DNA of 64,000 nt from a virus (Duplodnaviria; Caudoviricetes): the IMG/VR virus record IMGVR_UViG_3300033066_001190, positions 42,588-106,587 of that record. One strand, written 5' to 3'. Under the pieces are notes generated by a model. That model ran no database searches, was not told the DNA's origin, and saw nothing but the letters and a program-made list of their open reading frames with translations. Positions 20,020-30,100 of the stretch are shown one piece after another. The translations under genes were made by a program, and so were the position numbers. Every line of letters begins with the position of its first letter. Positions within the stretch are counted from its first letter, which is position 1.

Positions 20020-20243
20020 TGGAAGTTTCTATAACATTAAAGGGAGATGTTTTAAAAATCTACATAGATAACACTCTTCATTTATTAATAAAAGAGCCTA
20101 TTATAGGTTTCCAAAGTTGGAACAGAGAGAACAGATGGTGGGAAATTGAATATTACCTACCCTCTAAAACCATTTTGACACAATATGACAATGTAGATAA
20201 GTGGAAAACTATTGTAAATGCACTTGATAATGTTTTTAAATAA
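20019..20243 (+). CDS. hypothetical protein
   Basis: TAATG coupling on both sides. Confidence 0.6.
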   Translation: MEVSITLKGDVLKIYIDNTLHLLIKEPIIGFQSWNRENRWWEIEYYLPSKTILTQYDNVDKWKTIVNALDNVFK

Positions 20244-23056
20244 TGAAGAAAAAACTAAAAATCAAACCTAAAACTAAGTCTTCTGAATGGGAAATTCTTT
20301 CAGATGATTTACCTATGTACCCAAATGGAGGAGTAGCACCTATTGTTGTAAATGATCCAAATGATCCTAGGCTTAGAGCTTATAACGATAGTTTGAATTT
20401 ATATAATTATTCTCAATCTCAACATAAATTAGAACCAATAAAAGATAAAAGCCTAAGTGATGTAATATTTAGCGGAGTGATAAAAGGTGCATCAATAATA
20501 GGTGGAGGGTTAGATGCAATAGGAAGAGGATTAAACTCAATGGGGATAGGTAAAGATCTAAACACCCCTGAATTAGTTACTAAAAGAGCAAAGAAGCTTT
20601 CACAATTTACAAAATTAGGTCTTAAAAATGAGTTAACAGATGAAGCAGCAATAAAAATATATGGTGACAACAAACCTTTGGTTAACGGAAGAGATAAATT
20701 TACAAATAATTTTAGAGATATACAAAAAAGAAGAGAGGAAACATTAAAAGAAAGTTGGAAAGAAAAAGATATACAAAATATGTATAAAAGCTTTGATGAT
20801 TTTAAAAATAAGCAAACGAGACTGTGGGCTGAAGGGGATAAAGCAATTTTAAATAGTGATCAAATATTTTGGAATGATCCTACTTCATTAAGTTCAGATT
20901 TAGTGCATGGTCATATTAATGCTTCATCAGATTGGGAAGGAATGGCTCAAAATGATAATTACCCAAAGCCAGTTCAGCCAGTAGTATTGCAACATAATTT
21001 ACAGCAAGTAACTAAAAATCCAAATCCTTCTAGAGCCATTGCTTCAGGAACTAAAATTTATAAATCTCTAAAACCATTAAATAAAACTATAATTAAAGCA
21101 CCTGAACCTCAAAAAGTAGAAATCCCTCAAATTGTAAATAATCAATCAACTTCTGTAAAAAGTCTTTTAGAAGATTACCCTGATAGCATGTATTATACAA
21201 CTACTAGAAGTCCTGATGAAAAAGGTGGGGGACAGTTTGATAAAACAGGCAGAAGATATGGTTTAGTAGATGTATATGATAAAAAAAGAAAAACCAAAAT
21301 AAAAACTATAGACCCTGTTTTAAATAAAGTTGTAGAAATGAAATCAGGCGGAGTTATAAAATATAATGAATGGGAAATATTACCTGAAGCAGCAGATGGC
21401 TACCAATGGAGTAATTCACAAACTCCTAATTATTCTGTTGGAAGTAGTGAAAATATCAATATTAGTAAAACAAGTGGCAATAGAAAATTAACTAAAAAGG
21501 AACTTGAGAGTAACAGAAATGTAGCAAAAGCTTACGTTGAAAATCAAAAAGCTCAAGAATATCAAAATAGAAAAAACAAAATAAAGGAATCAATAACTGC
21601 ACAAAATCAACCACTATCTCTTAAAAATATACAAGAACAAACACAAGCAACAGGAGATAAACTTTCTTTTGCAATGAATAGTGGAGAATATGGAGATCCT
21701 TCAAAGCATCCAGTAGCATCGGAATGGTTAAACCTTGCAGATAATTTAAATCCTGCTAAATTTGTAGGTGATGTGGCTTCGGGTATTGGTTCTGTTCCAC
21801 AAGATATTTCAGAAGGTAACTATTTAAAAGCAGGACTTTCTGTGGCAACTCCTTTAGCTGCGGGTGCTATAGCAGGAGTGGGGGCAGAAAACACAAAACA
21901 ATTTGTTAATAATTTAACTAATCCCTTAGCAGGAATAAATGTAGGGGAATATTTGACTACACAAACTCCTTTAAAAAATGCTTACAAATTAAATCCTTGG
22001 ACATTTAAACCTAATCCTGAAGCTTATTATAGAGGAATAGGGAGAGCTGGATTAGATGATGCTTTAAAATCTGGAATTATACGAGAAAAACCTGGAGGAG
22101 GTTTTAATGAAACATATTTTTCAGATAGATTCGATGCTGCGAAACCGTATAGTACAGAAAAGGGATATGGGGTTGGTAATCCATTTGCAGAAGATGATTC
22201 TTGGTATTTTGTAGAACCCAAAGATACACGTAGTTATATAGCAGAAATTCCTAAAAAGAATATTAATGCTGCAATTCCTAATAGTACAAATAATGCCTCT
22301 AATTATTGGTCTACAACTGAACCGATTTTTACAAAAGATTCTAAATTTTATAGAGAACATTGGCTACAAGGATATAAAGAAATCCCTAAACCAGAAAACT
22401 TAACTTTCTCAACAAACACTAATTTACCTAAACAAAATAACTTTGGTTCTATTTATAGTTTAAATCCTCTAACTTTGTTAGGAGAAAATCTTCCAGAGCA
22501 AGCTTATAGAAAAATAGGAAATAGTAAGGGGTTGCAAGACATTATTGAATCAGGAGTAATTAGAGCAAAAAATCAAAAAGGGTATGGAACACCATATTTT
22601 GCACCAAATACTACTTGGGAAGGATACAATGGAGTTTATGCAGTTGGTTATCAACCTGATGTAAACGCTGGGCAATATTTACAAAGAGCTTCTAAAACCA
22701 ATCCACATAGAGGTGTTGTACCAGCTAATGAGCAGGGAATAATGCCAAGTGTTCCTTTTAATGAGCAAACTACTTTGTATAGACGACTTCCTTTTACATC
22801 TGCATATAAAACAGTCCCAAAAGAATATTTACAAAATCCAAATAACCATTTGTTAACAAATCCTTATTTAGCGGATTTACAAAACTTATCCGAGAAAGGA
22901 TTAAAATATACAGGATATGGGGTTGCTGGGCATGATGTGTATGTAGATGAAAAAGATAGATGGCTTCCAGTATTTAAAAACAAAGTTAAAAATTTACTAA
23001 GTCAAAAAAAATCAGGAGGAAAAATAAAATCCTCAGATTGGGAAATAATTGAATAA
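20243..23056 (+). CDS. modular cargo/ejection protein with two ADP-ribosyltransferase-like domains
   Basis: Repeated (S)GG.IK..[ED]WEI linker. Tandem YR.IG..GL.D...SG.IR....YF domains. Located in the cargo block. Confidence 0.55.
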   Translation: MKKKLKIKPKTKSSEWEILSDDLPMYPNGGVAPIVVNDPNDPRLRAYNDSLNLYNYSQSQHKLEPIKDKSLSDVIFSGVIKGASIIGGGLDAIGRGLNSMGIGKDLNTPELVTKRAKKLSQFTKLGLKNELTDEAAIKIYGDNKPLVNGRDKFTNNFRDIQKRREETLKESWKEKDIQNMYKSFDDFKNKQTRLWAEGDKAILNSDQIFWNDPTSLSSDLVHGHINASSDWEGMAQNDNYPKPVQPVVLQHNLQQVTKNPNPSRAIASGTKIYKSLKPLNKTIIKAPEPQKVEIPQIVNNQSTSVKSLLEDYPDSMYYTTTRSPDEKGGGQFDKTGRRYGLVDVYDKKRKTKIKTIDPVLNKVVEMKSGGVIKYNEWEILPEAADGYQWSNSQTPNYSVGSSENINISKTSGNRKLTKKELESNRNVAKAYVENQKAQEYQNRKNKIKESITAQNQPLSLKNIQEQTQATGDKLSFAMNSGEYGDPSKHPVASEWLNLADNLNPAKFVGDVASGIGSVPQDISEGNYLKAGLSVATPLAAGAIAGVGAENTKQFVNNLTNPLAGINVGEYLTTQTPLKNAYKLNPWTFKPNPEAYYRGIGRAGLDDALKSGIIREKPGGGFNETYFSDRFDAAKPYSTEKGYGVGNPFAEDDSWYFVEPKDTRSYIAEIPKKNINAAIPNSTNNASNYWSTTEPIFTKDSKFYREHWLQGYKEIPKPENLTFSTNTNLPKQNNFGSIYSLNPLTLLGENLPEQAYRKIGNSKGLQDIIESGVIRAKNQKGYGTPYFAPNTTWEGYNGVYAVGYQPDVNAGQYLQRASKTNPHRGVVPANEQGIMPSVPFNEQTTLYRRLPFTSAYKTVPKEYLQNPNNHLLTNPYLADLQNLSEKGLKYTGYGVAGHDVYVDEKDRWLPVFKNKVKNLLSQKKSGGKIKSSDWEIIE

Positions 23057-23069
23057 AAATACAAGAAAT

Positions 23070-25604
23070 ATGAAAATAAAGAATAAACAAGGGGAAATAA
23101 TCGAAGTTCCTAAAGGAATGGAAGAAGTTGTAACAAAAGCTATACAAAATGGAGAAAATCCATTAGAAGTAATGAAATCAGGCGGTTGGATAAAAGATGC
23201 TATAAACCCTAAACATAAGGGTTATTGCACTCCAATGACAAAAGCTACATGTACTCCTAAAAGAAAAACATTAGCTAAAACATTTAAAAAGCATTATGGT
23301 TTTCATGAAAATGGGGGAGTTATACCAAAAGCAGAAGAAGGTTGGGAGAACATTGGAGAAAATAACCCTGTGATTAATCAAGTGGATACTTCTAACATGG
23401 GTAATTATTCTCAATCCTATAATTCAGGTTTAGGTTCTACAGTGAATCCAGATGGTACAATTTCTGTTTCTCAAGGATTACCCTCTAATTATGGAATGAA
23501 TTCACCTAGTATAGATCCTCAAAGTCCTCCTAATAACTATGATTACAGTAATCCTCCCTCTATGGGTGAAATGGATGCTATACCAAAACCTAAAAAATTA
23601 AATCCTAACATCCTCACTGGTAATCCTTATATAAACAGAGTACAATCAGGATTATCTACTATTGATAAAGGCATAAAACAAGGTGGAGATGAGGGAGATG
23701 CTTTAATTGCTTTGGGTGCTGTGAAAACAGGTTTATCAGGTAGTGCAGGAATTGCAAATGAAATAGGAGCATGGAGAACAAATAAAAATGTAGCTGCACA
23801 AGAAAGCAACAACTTCATAAACTTGTTCAAAGATGATTATACGTACAAACCAACATTTAAAGGAAATGATGAACAGTATGCAAAATATGGGAAATCAATC
23901 ATGTCTGCGGAATCTGGAATGAATATTCCTTCTAAATTCAGAGGAGATAGACATTATGAAAACTCCCAAGGAGGAATTCCAATTGATGTAAACATTCACA
24001 CAAACGAAGCTAACAATATGCAAGTGCCAATAGATCAAGCCAATCTTTTAGTGGAGGGCGGAGAATATTATTTACCAAAAATGGAAAATGGAGGAGATGC
24101 TCCTGCAAGAGTATTATCAGATAGAAAAAACGTTGGTGTTAAAATCAATGGTAAAAAATTATCTCCTACAGAGCATTTAGATCATTTAAGTAAAGAAACA
24201 CTAGGATTTACTCCGGATCAAATGACAAAAGCTATTGTTAAAGCTGATAAATTTGCTTTAAAAAATGGTAAATATCTCACTGATAATTCGGCACAAAATA
24301 CAAAAAACGCCATAAATTTGTTAGAGGAAACGTACACTCCAATTATACAAGAACTTAGTAATCAAGCATTTATGCAACAAGAAATTACAAAAGCTAAAAA
24401 AGGATTACCTTCTGAATTATCTCAAGCTAAATTAGGTAAAGCTGTATATGGAGAATATATGGAAACTAGACCTATTTCTTTAGATTTACCTCAAGAAAGT
24501 TTAGCAAATGTCAGTGTAACAACAAATGAATTACCTACTAATTTAAAAAGACGTAGCACTTTTGTTGCACCTAAATATAAAACAAAAGAGGGTATTGTAA
24601 CACCTAGAGATAGAGATTTGAATGCAGCTCCTCCAACTGATTATGAATCTAGAGCAAAAATGTTAGAAGGTTTAAGGGGAAGTCAGTTTAAAGATTTTCA
24701 AGATTTTCAAGGATATGATTATGATTTAGCTTTACAATCTCCAGAAGGTCAAAAAGCTATAAATGATATGTATTTATATTATGGTTTAACTAATACGCAT
24801 GAAAAAGAGTTTCCTGATATTGCTAAAAAAATAATCAATCAAGAGAATTTAACTTATGATGAAATGGTTAAATTGAGAAAGAATTATGTTGATAATAATC
24901 CAGGAAAAAGGATATTAAATTATGATCCTTCTAGTCAATTTTTTACAAAAGGTTCTCAAAATACTGTAATTCCCACTAGTAAAACTGTAGAATCAGATAA
25001 ATTTACAATTCCTACAATACCTGTTGGTACAATTCAAGAATCTGTAGAATCTGATTATGGTTATCCTTTACCAGTGGCTTTAAATACCTATCCTAGAGAT
25101 CCTGTTCAACTTTTACAACAAACTCCTCACGATTATGTTCCTAAAAATTTAACTCCTCAAATGGTTCGTAGACCATATAGAGGCGTAACATCTGTAGATA
25201 GAAGCATTGCGGGACAAGATTTCTTAAACGATACACTAGCTAATCAGCAAGCTACACAACAAGCTAATAATGTAAATATTGCTGCTAGAAATGAAGCTGA
25301 TAGGTTTAATCTAACCAATAGGCAAAATATTGACACTGGTAATCTGAATAGAAAACAGGATTATATGGATGCTATTGCTAAAAGGGAAGCTATTATACAA
25401 CAGCAAATGAATTTAGATAGAAATCAAGTGTTATCTGCTCAAGTTGATATGAATCATGAAAAAGCTACAAGAGATTATTTAGCTTCTGTTTACGATCCAA
25501 GATATGCTTTCAATTCTACTTACACCCCTATTTTAAAACAAGATGAGAAAAAGAAAGAAAAGAAGAAATATGGTGGTAAAATCAATATAAAAAAGAAGAA
25601 ATAA
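23070..25604 (+). CDS. crAss-like cargo/internal virion protein
   Basis: GDRH...GGIP.D...VEGGEY...RVLSDR motif, several xxGG/xxxG motifs, Q/N-rich C-terminal coil ending KKYGGK. Confidence 0.65.
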   Translation: MKIKNKQGEIIEVPKGMEEVVTKAIQNGENPLEVMKSGGWIKDAINPKHKGYCTPMTKATCTPKRKTLAKTFKKHYGFHENGGVIPKAEEGWENIGENNPVINQVDTSNMGNYSQSYNSGLGSTVNPDGTISVSQGLPSNYGMNSPSIDPQSPPNNYDYSNPPSMGEMDAIPKPKKLNPNILTGNPYINRVQSGLSTIDKGIKQGGDEGDALIALGAVKTGLSGSAGIANEIGAWRTNKNVAAQESNNFINLFKDDYTYKPTFKGNDEQYAKYGKSIMSAESGMNIPSKFRGDRHYENSQGGIPIDVNIHTNEANNMQVPIDQANLLVEGGEYYLPKMENGGDAPARVLSDRKNVGVKINGKKLSPTEHLDHLSKETLGFTPDQMTKAIVKADKFALKNGKYLTDNSAQNTKNAINLLEETYTPIIQELSNQAFMQQEITKAKKGLPSELSQAKLGKAVYGEYMETRPISLDLPQESLANVSVTTNELPTNLKRRSTFVAPKYKTKEGIVTPRDRDLNAAPPTDYESRAKMLEGLRGSQFKDFQDFQGYDYDLALQSPEGQKAINDMYLYYGLTNTHEKEFPDIAKKIINQENLTYDEMVKLRKNYVDNNPGKRILNYDPSSQFFTKGSQNTVIPTSKTVESDKFTIPTIPVGTIQESVESDYGYPLPVALNTYPRDPVQLLQQTPHDYVPKNLTPQMVRRPYRGVTSVDRSIAGQDFLNDTLANQQATQQANNVNIAARNEADRFNLTNRQNIDTGNLNRKQDYMDAIAKREAIIQQQMNLDRNQVLSAQVDMNHEKATRDYLASVYDPRYAFNSTYTPILKQDEKKKEKKKYGGKINIKKKK

Positions 25605-25631
25605 TCACCGTCATAAAATTCATGGATTTTC

Positions 25632-25662
25632 TTTGACTATTAACAAAAAATAATTAATATTG
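25632..25662 (+). promoter_or_regulatory. Bacteroidota-type promoter variant (TTTG-19 nt-TAATATTG)
   Basis: One mismatch to TAnnTTTG. Ends 4 nt before ATG 25667. Confidence 0.4.
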
Positions 25663-25666
25663 TAGT

Positions 25667-27118
25667 ATGGGATATAATCAATTCAGTCAAGCTGTACAAC
25701 CCGTAGATTTATATAAACCTATAGATGATAATGTGTTAGCTATGGGTCAAAAGTCTATTTATGACAGAGCTGAAAAATTGGGGGAAAAAGTAAGTGTTGC
25801 TGGTCAAAACATATTTGGTATCAATACATATGGTAAAGATGCAGAAGTTTTAAATGAGCTGCAAACCACTTTTAACCAACAAATTGAGCAATTAGCTAAA
25901 GAAGGATTAGATAAACCTGATGTACAATCTAGGATTAATACATTGATTAGCCAATATTCTTCCAATCCAGATTTGATTAATATTCACCAACGCAAAGCTC
26001 AATATGATCAATTTGCTAAACAGTTACAAGACTATCAAGAAAAAGGTAAATTTGTTCCACCTTGGAAAATGAAACCTTTACAAGATGCTGAAAACTATTA
26101 TAGTGGTGATAAATATTTAACCAATAAAAGATTTACAGGTTCTATTGAAGCAGGTTTTGATTGGGATAAACACAAAGAATCTGTTGCTAAAGCTGTACCA
26201 GAATTAGAATTGCTTAAAAAAGGAATCACTAATGATGTTTATAAAGGTAAAGCTTATAATAACCTATACTCAGGTTTTTTAAATAGTGTATATACACAAC
26301 CTGGAGCAATGGAAGATTTGCAAGGTCAATTTGAACACTACTATGGAGACCAAGATTTTGCTACTGCTGATAAACAATTAGCAGCTTCTCAATATGCTGA
26401 TTTAAAAGCTATTTATGACAATACAGAAAATCCTATACAAAAGGAGCAAATAGCAAAAGATTTACAATATTGGAAAGATTTACACGATAATGTAAATCCA
26501 AACACATCCAAAACTCAGGCTTTTGAACATTATGTAAAATCCGTTGCTCAAGATTTTGCAAATTCTGCAACAAATTTTGCTTTAAAAGAATCAAAATTGT
26601 CTGATGCCGAAACATTAAGGCGACAACACAATAATAGAATAAATGAAATAAAAGCTCAACAAGAAGCAAATCTTTCTAAATTGAGAGAAGCTCAAAGAAT
26701 AAAGGCTTCAGCTTCTAATATTAGTGATTCTTTACAAAGAAAACTTATTGAAAAAGGTGTTGAGTCTGGATATACTTCTGAATTATTAAATGAGGATGGC
26801 TCTTTTAAATCAGCTTCAGATCTTGTAAAAATGGGATTAAATGATAAAGCAATTGATACCAAATTAAAAGTTGGAGATAAAGAATATGACAAATCTGAAA
26901 TTGTAGCTAATATAAATGCAGGAAATAAAGATTTTATAAAAGATTTTATAAATGCTTATTTACCAGAAGGTGCTGAAGAAGTAAAAATCGAAGGAAATAA
27001 TATATTGTATGATACTGAAGGATATATCGGAAACCCCTTTGGATTCGATAAAAAAATTACAAAATCAGAATTATTAAAACTAATTGAGAGTGATTCAAAA
27101 ATAGATGTAGGTATTTAA
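25667..27118 (+). CDS. crAss-like cargo/ejection protein
   Basis: Helical, Q/K-rich. N-terminal YKPID....AMGQK..YD pattern. Directly upstream of the virion RNAP. Confidence 0.55.
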   Translation: MGYNQFSQAVQPVDLYKPIDDNVLAMGQKSIYDRAEKLGEKVSVAGQNIFGINTYGKDAEVLNELQTTFNQQIEQLAKEGLDKPDVQSRINTLISQYSSNPDLINIHQRKAQYDQFAKQLQDYQEKGKFVPPWKMKPLQDAENYYSGDKYLTNKRFTGSIEAGFDWDKHKESVAKAVPELELLKKGITNDVYKGKAYNNLYSGFLNSVYTQPGAMEDLQGQFEHYYGDQDFATADKQLAASQYADLKAIYDNTENPIQKEQIAKDLQYWKDLHDNVNPNTSKTQAFEHYVKSVAQDFANSATNFALKESKLSDAETLRRQHNNRINEIKAQQEANLSKLREAQRIKASASNISDSLQRKLIEKGVESGYTSELLNEDGSFKSASDLVKMGLNDKAIDTKLKVGDKEYDKSEIVANINAGNKDFIKDFINAYLPEGAEEVKIEGNNILYDTEGYIGNPFGFDKKITKSELLKLIESDSKIDVGI

Positions 27119-27121
27119 GGT

Positions 27122-30100
27122 ATGGCAGAAACATTAAAAGATCTTTACGGAAAGCTTGAGAAAGCTAATATAAAACTTCCCGATTATGACACTTTTGAAA
27201 AAAAGTATAATACTCCCGAAGGAGCTGATGTTTTATATAAAAAACTAAATTCGGCTAATATAAAATTACCAGATGTTGAATCTTTTAAAAGTAAGTATTT
27301 TACAACATCTACAAGTGATAATCTTGTTAAACAGGATTCGGACAACATTATAACAAAAAATCTTAAAAATATAGTTTCAAATGTTACAGGTTATCAATTT
27401 GATCAACCTGAACAAAAAGGTATTGATTTTGTATTTGGAAAAGACAAACAAAACAGGTCAATAAATACACCTTCGGCAACTATTACAATAGATGAAGAAT
27501 CAGAACCTAATTACAAATTAGCTGCTTTACAAACAACAGGTAAAGTAAATCTTACTCCTGAAGATATGGATAATCCATATGTAGTTGAAAGGGTAAGAGC
27601 TAACAAAAGAAACATAGATGATCAAATTCAAAAAGTAAAAGATGCTTACATTGAAACTAAAGATACAGATGTTTTATTTTCAGGTATAGAAGATTTAAAG
27701 AAAATCTATCAAACCAAAGAAGGCTCTTTTGTTAAAAACCAATTAGATAAAGATTCTAAAAAAATAGAAGAAGAGATAAAACTTTTAGAAAACTATAAAA
27801 CTGAAAATTCAGGTAAAGGTTCAGAGTTATTTCCAGATGAAGCTGAAAAAATTGTTGGAAAAAAGGGTATATTGACAAAAGCAGATGTGGGTAATAGACT
27901 TAAAGAACTTTATGCAATAAGAAACACTCCTAAAAAAGAATTGGATGATTTACTTCAAGTGGATGAATCTCTAAATCAGGTAGCTAAAAGTCTAATTAAA
28001 TATAAGGATGATTTAGCAGAAGCTGCAAGAGAAACTCCAGAAATATTAGTAAATCAAAAAGAAGACAATCTTCTTTACAATTTAGCTGAATATGGTACAA
28101 AGGTTTCCAATACAAATTCTAAAGAATTGTACGATGCTAATTTATTAAAGTTTAAAAAGAGAATAGCTTCTGACGAACAAGGTAATTTTATAGATTTAAG
28201 ACAACTTTTATCTAACACTACAAACAATGATTATTATACATCTAATTTAGTTGGAGATAGAGCTAAGTTCCAAGAAGATACATATAACGGAATTAAAGCT
28301 TTAAGGGATAACATAGCTTTAGCTAAAGATGAAAAATATGGTATTCCTGCACAAATAAAAAGATTACAACAAGAAAAACAACAACTGATTGATACATATG
28401 CAAAAGCTAATGTTCCTGTTCCAGAACAGGAGCTAAGAGCTTTTGATGATATTATTAAATACAATGAGAATAAACTTACTAATCAAAATGCACTGTCTAA
28501 AAAATTAGACGAAATAGAAAAACAATATCTTTCTGAATACAAAGATGTTAAACAGTACAAGGAAGATAATACTAAACTTTCTGAATTATACCTAAAAGAT
28601 TCATCAAAAGTTGGAGTTTTAGATCAAGTAAGCTTAGAAGCTAAACCTTTTTACAAAACCCTTTATGGAATAACAGGAGGTGTAGCTCAAGCTATTGAAC
28701 AAAACATAACATTACCTTTAGAAGAAAAAACTGGAATTATTTCCAAAGAACAAAGAATAGCACAATCTTTAGATAATTATTATGCTATTAACAATGTCAA
28801 CTTTTTGTATGTTCCTGATGCTATAAAAAACAGACAAAGTATTAAAATTACTAAAGATGATAAAGCTCCATTAGGTTTTAAAATAAATGATGTAAATGTA
28901 AGAGCTGCTTTATCAGAAGGGGTAAATACATTTATTCAGTCTTATGCTTTTGGTAAAGCAGGTCAATTATTTGGTAAAGCAAGTGGTTTATCTGGAGCAA
29001 TTGGTGAAGAATTAGGTACTGTATGGGGAGGAGCTTTTACATCTAATGTGATGATGTCTGAAATAGATGACCAAAACATTGAAAAATTCTTAAGAGGAGA
29101 AATTAAGTTTGATGATATTGTTCCTAAATCAACGTTGGAAAAAACTTTAGAGGGAGCAACAGAAGCTATATGGATTCCAGAATTAAAAGTTTTAGATCAC
29201 GCAGGACAAGAAATTGTTAAAAAGTATGCTTTAGGTAAATTCTTACAGGAATCTGTAGGCAGAAAAATGTTATCTGATGATTTCAAGTATTTAGCTAAAA
29301 CTGTTGTTAAAAATGCTATTGAAGTTCCTTTACATGAAAGTATTGAAGAAATTGCAGGTAATGCAGGTCAAGATGTAATTGATATAGCTTACAAGAAATC
29401 AAACCTTAAATATAATCCAGAAGAAAACTTTACTCTTCTAAACAATATTCAAACAGCTTTAGTTACTACAATTTCTATGTGGGTTACCTCTGCTGTTGGT
29501 ATAACATCCAGTGCATTAAATAGAGCATCTATTGGAGACACCTATAATTATGAAATAGCAAAGAATGCTGATGAATTCTACAATTATGCTGTAGCAGGTA
29601 TTAATGAGCTAGATAACAAAGAATTTTCTAAAATCTATCCTCAATTTGCTTCTAAACAGGAAGCTATTTCCACAACTAAAAAAGTTTACGATCAATATAA
29701 ACAACTGTTTAATGAAGCTGCTCCAACTACATCAATGCTAGTTTCAGATGTAGATAAGCAAAACTATTTTAACATCCTGATGGATTTGAAGAAAATGTCT
29801 TTAGAACCAGCTACAGAAGAAAATACAAAAAAAGCAGCTATACTTTTATCTAAAAAGCTTGCATATGATGTAAAAGCTAGTGAACTAAGAAATAAGCCTA
29901 TTAAAGAAAGATTATCAGCTACACTAGATGAATCAATTGATCAATTAGCTACAGACGATATAAATGTTCCTACATTGCAAGCTACCATTCTTCAAATGGA
30001 AAAATGGAAAACATTGCTTGGAGATGATAAGCAATATACTAAAGATGTTCAAAGGCTAGACAATAAAATAGCAGAAGTAAAACAACGTATAATTGATTTA

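Noticed and set aside
27140-27300. Tandem LY.KL..ANIKLPD...F..KY repeat at the RNAP N-terminus
   Set aside because: Real, but a simple two-copy protein repeat with no further evidence for a distinct function.
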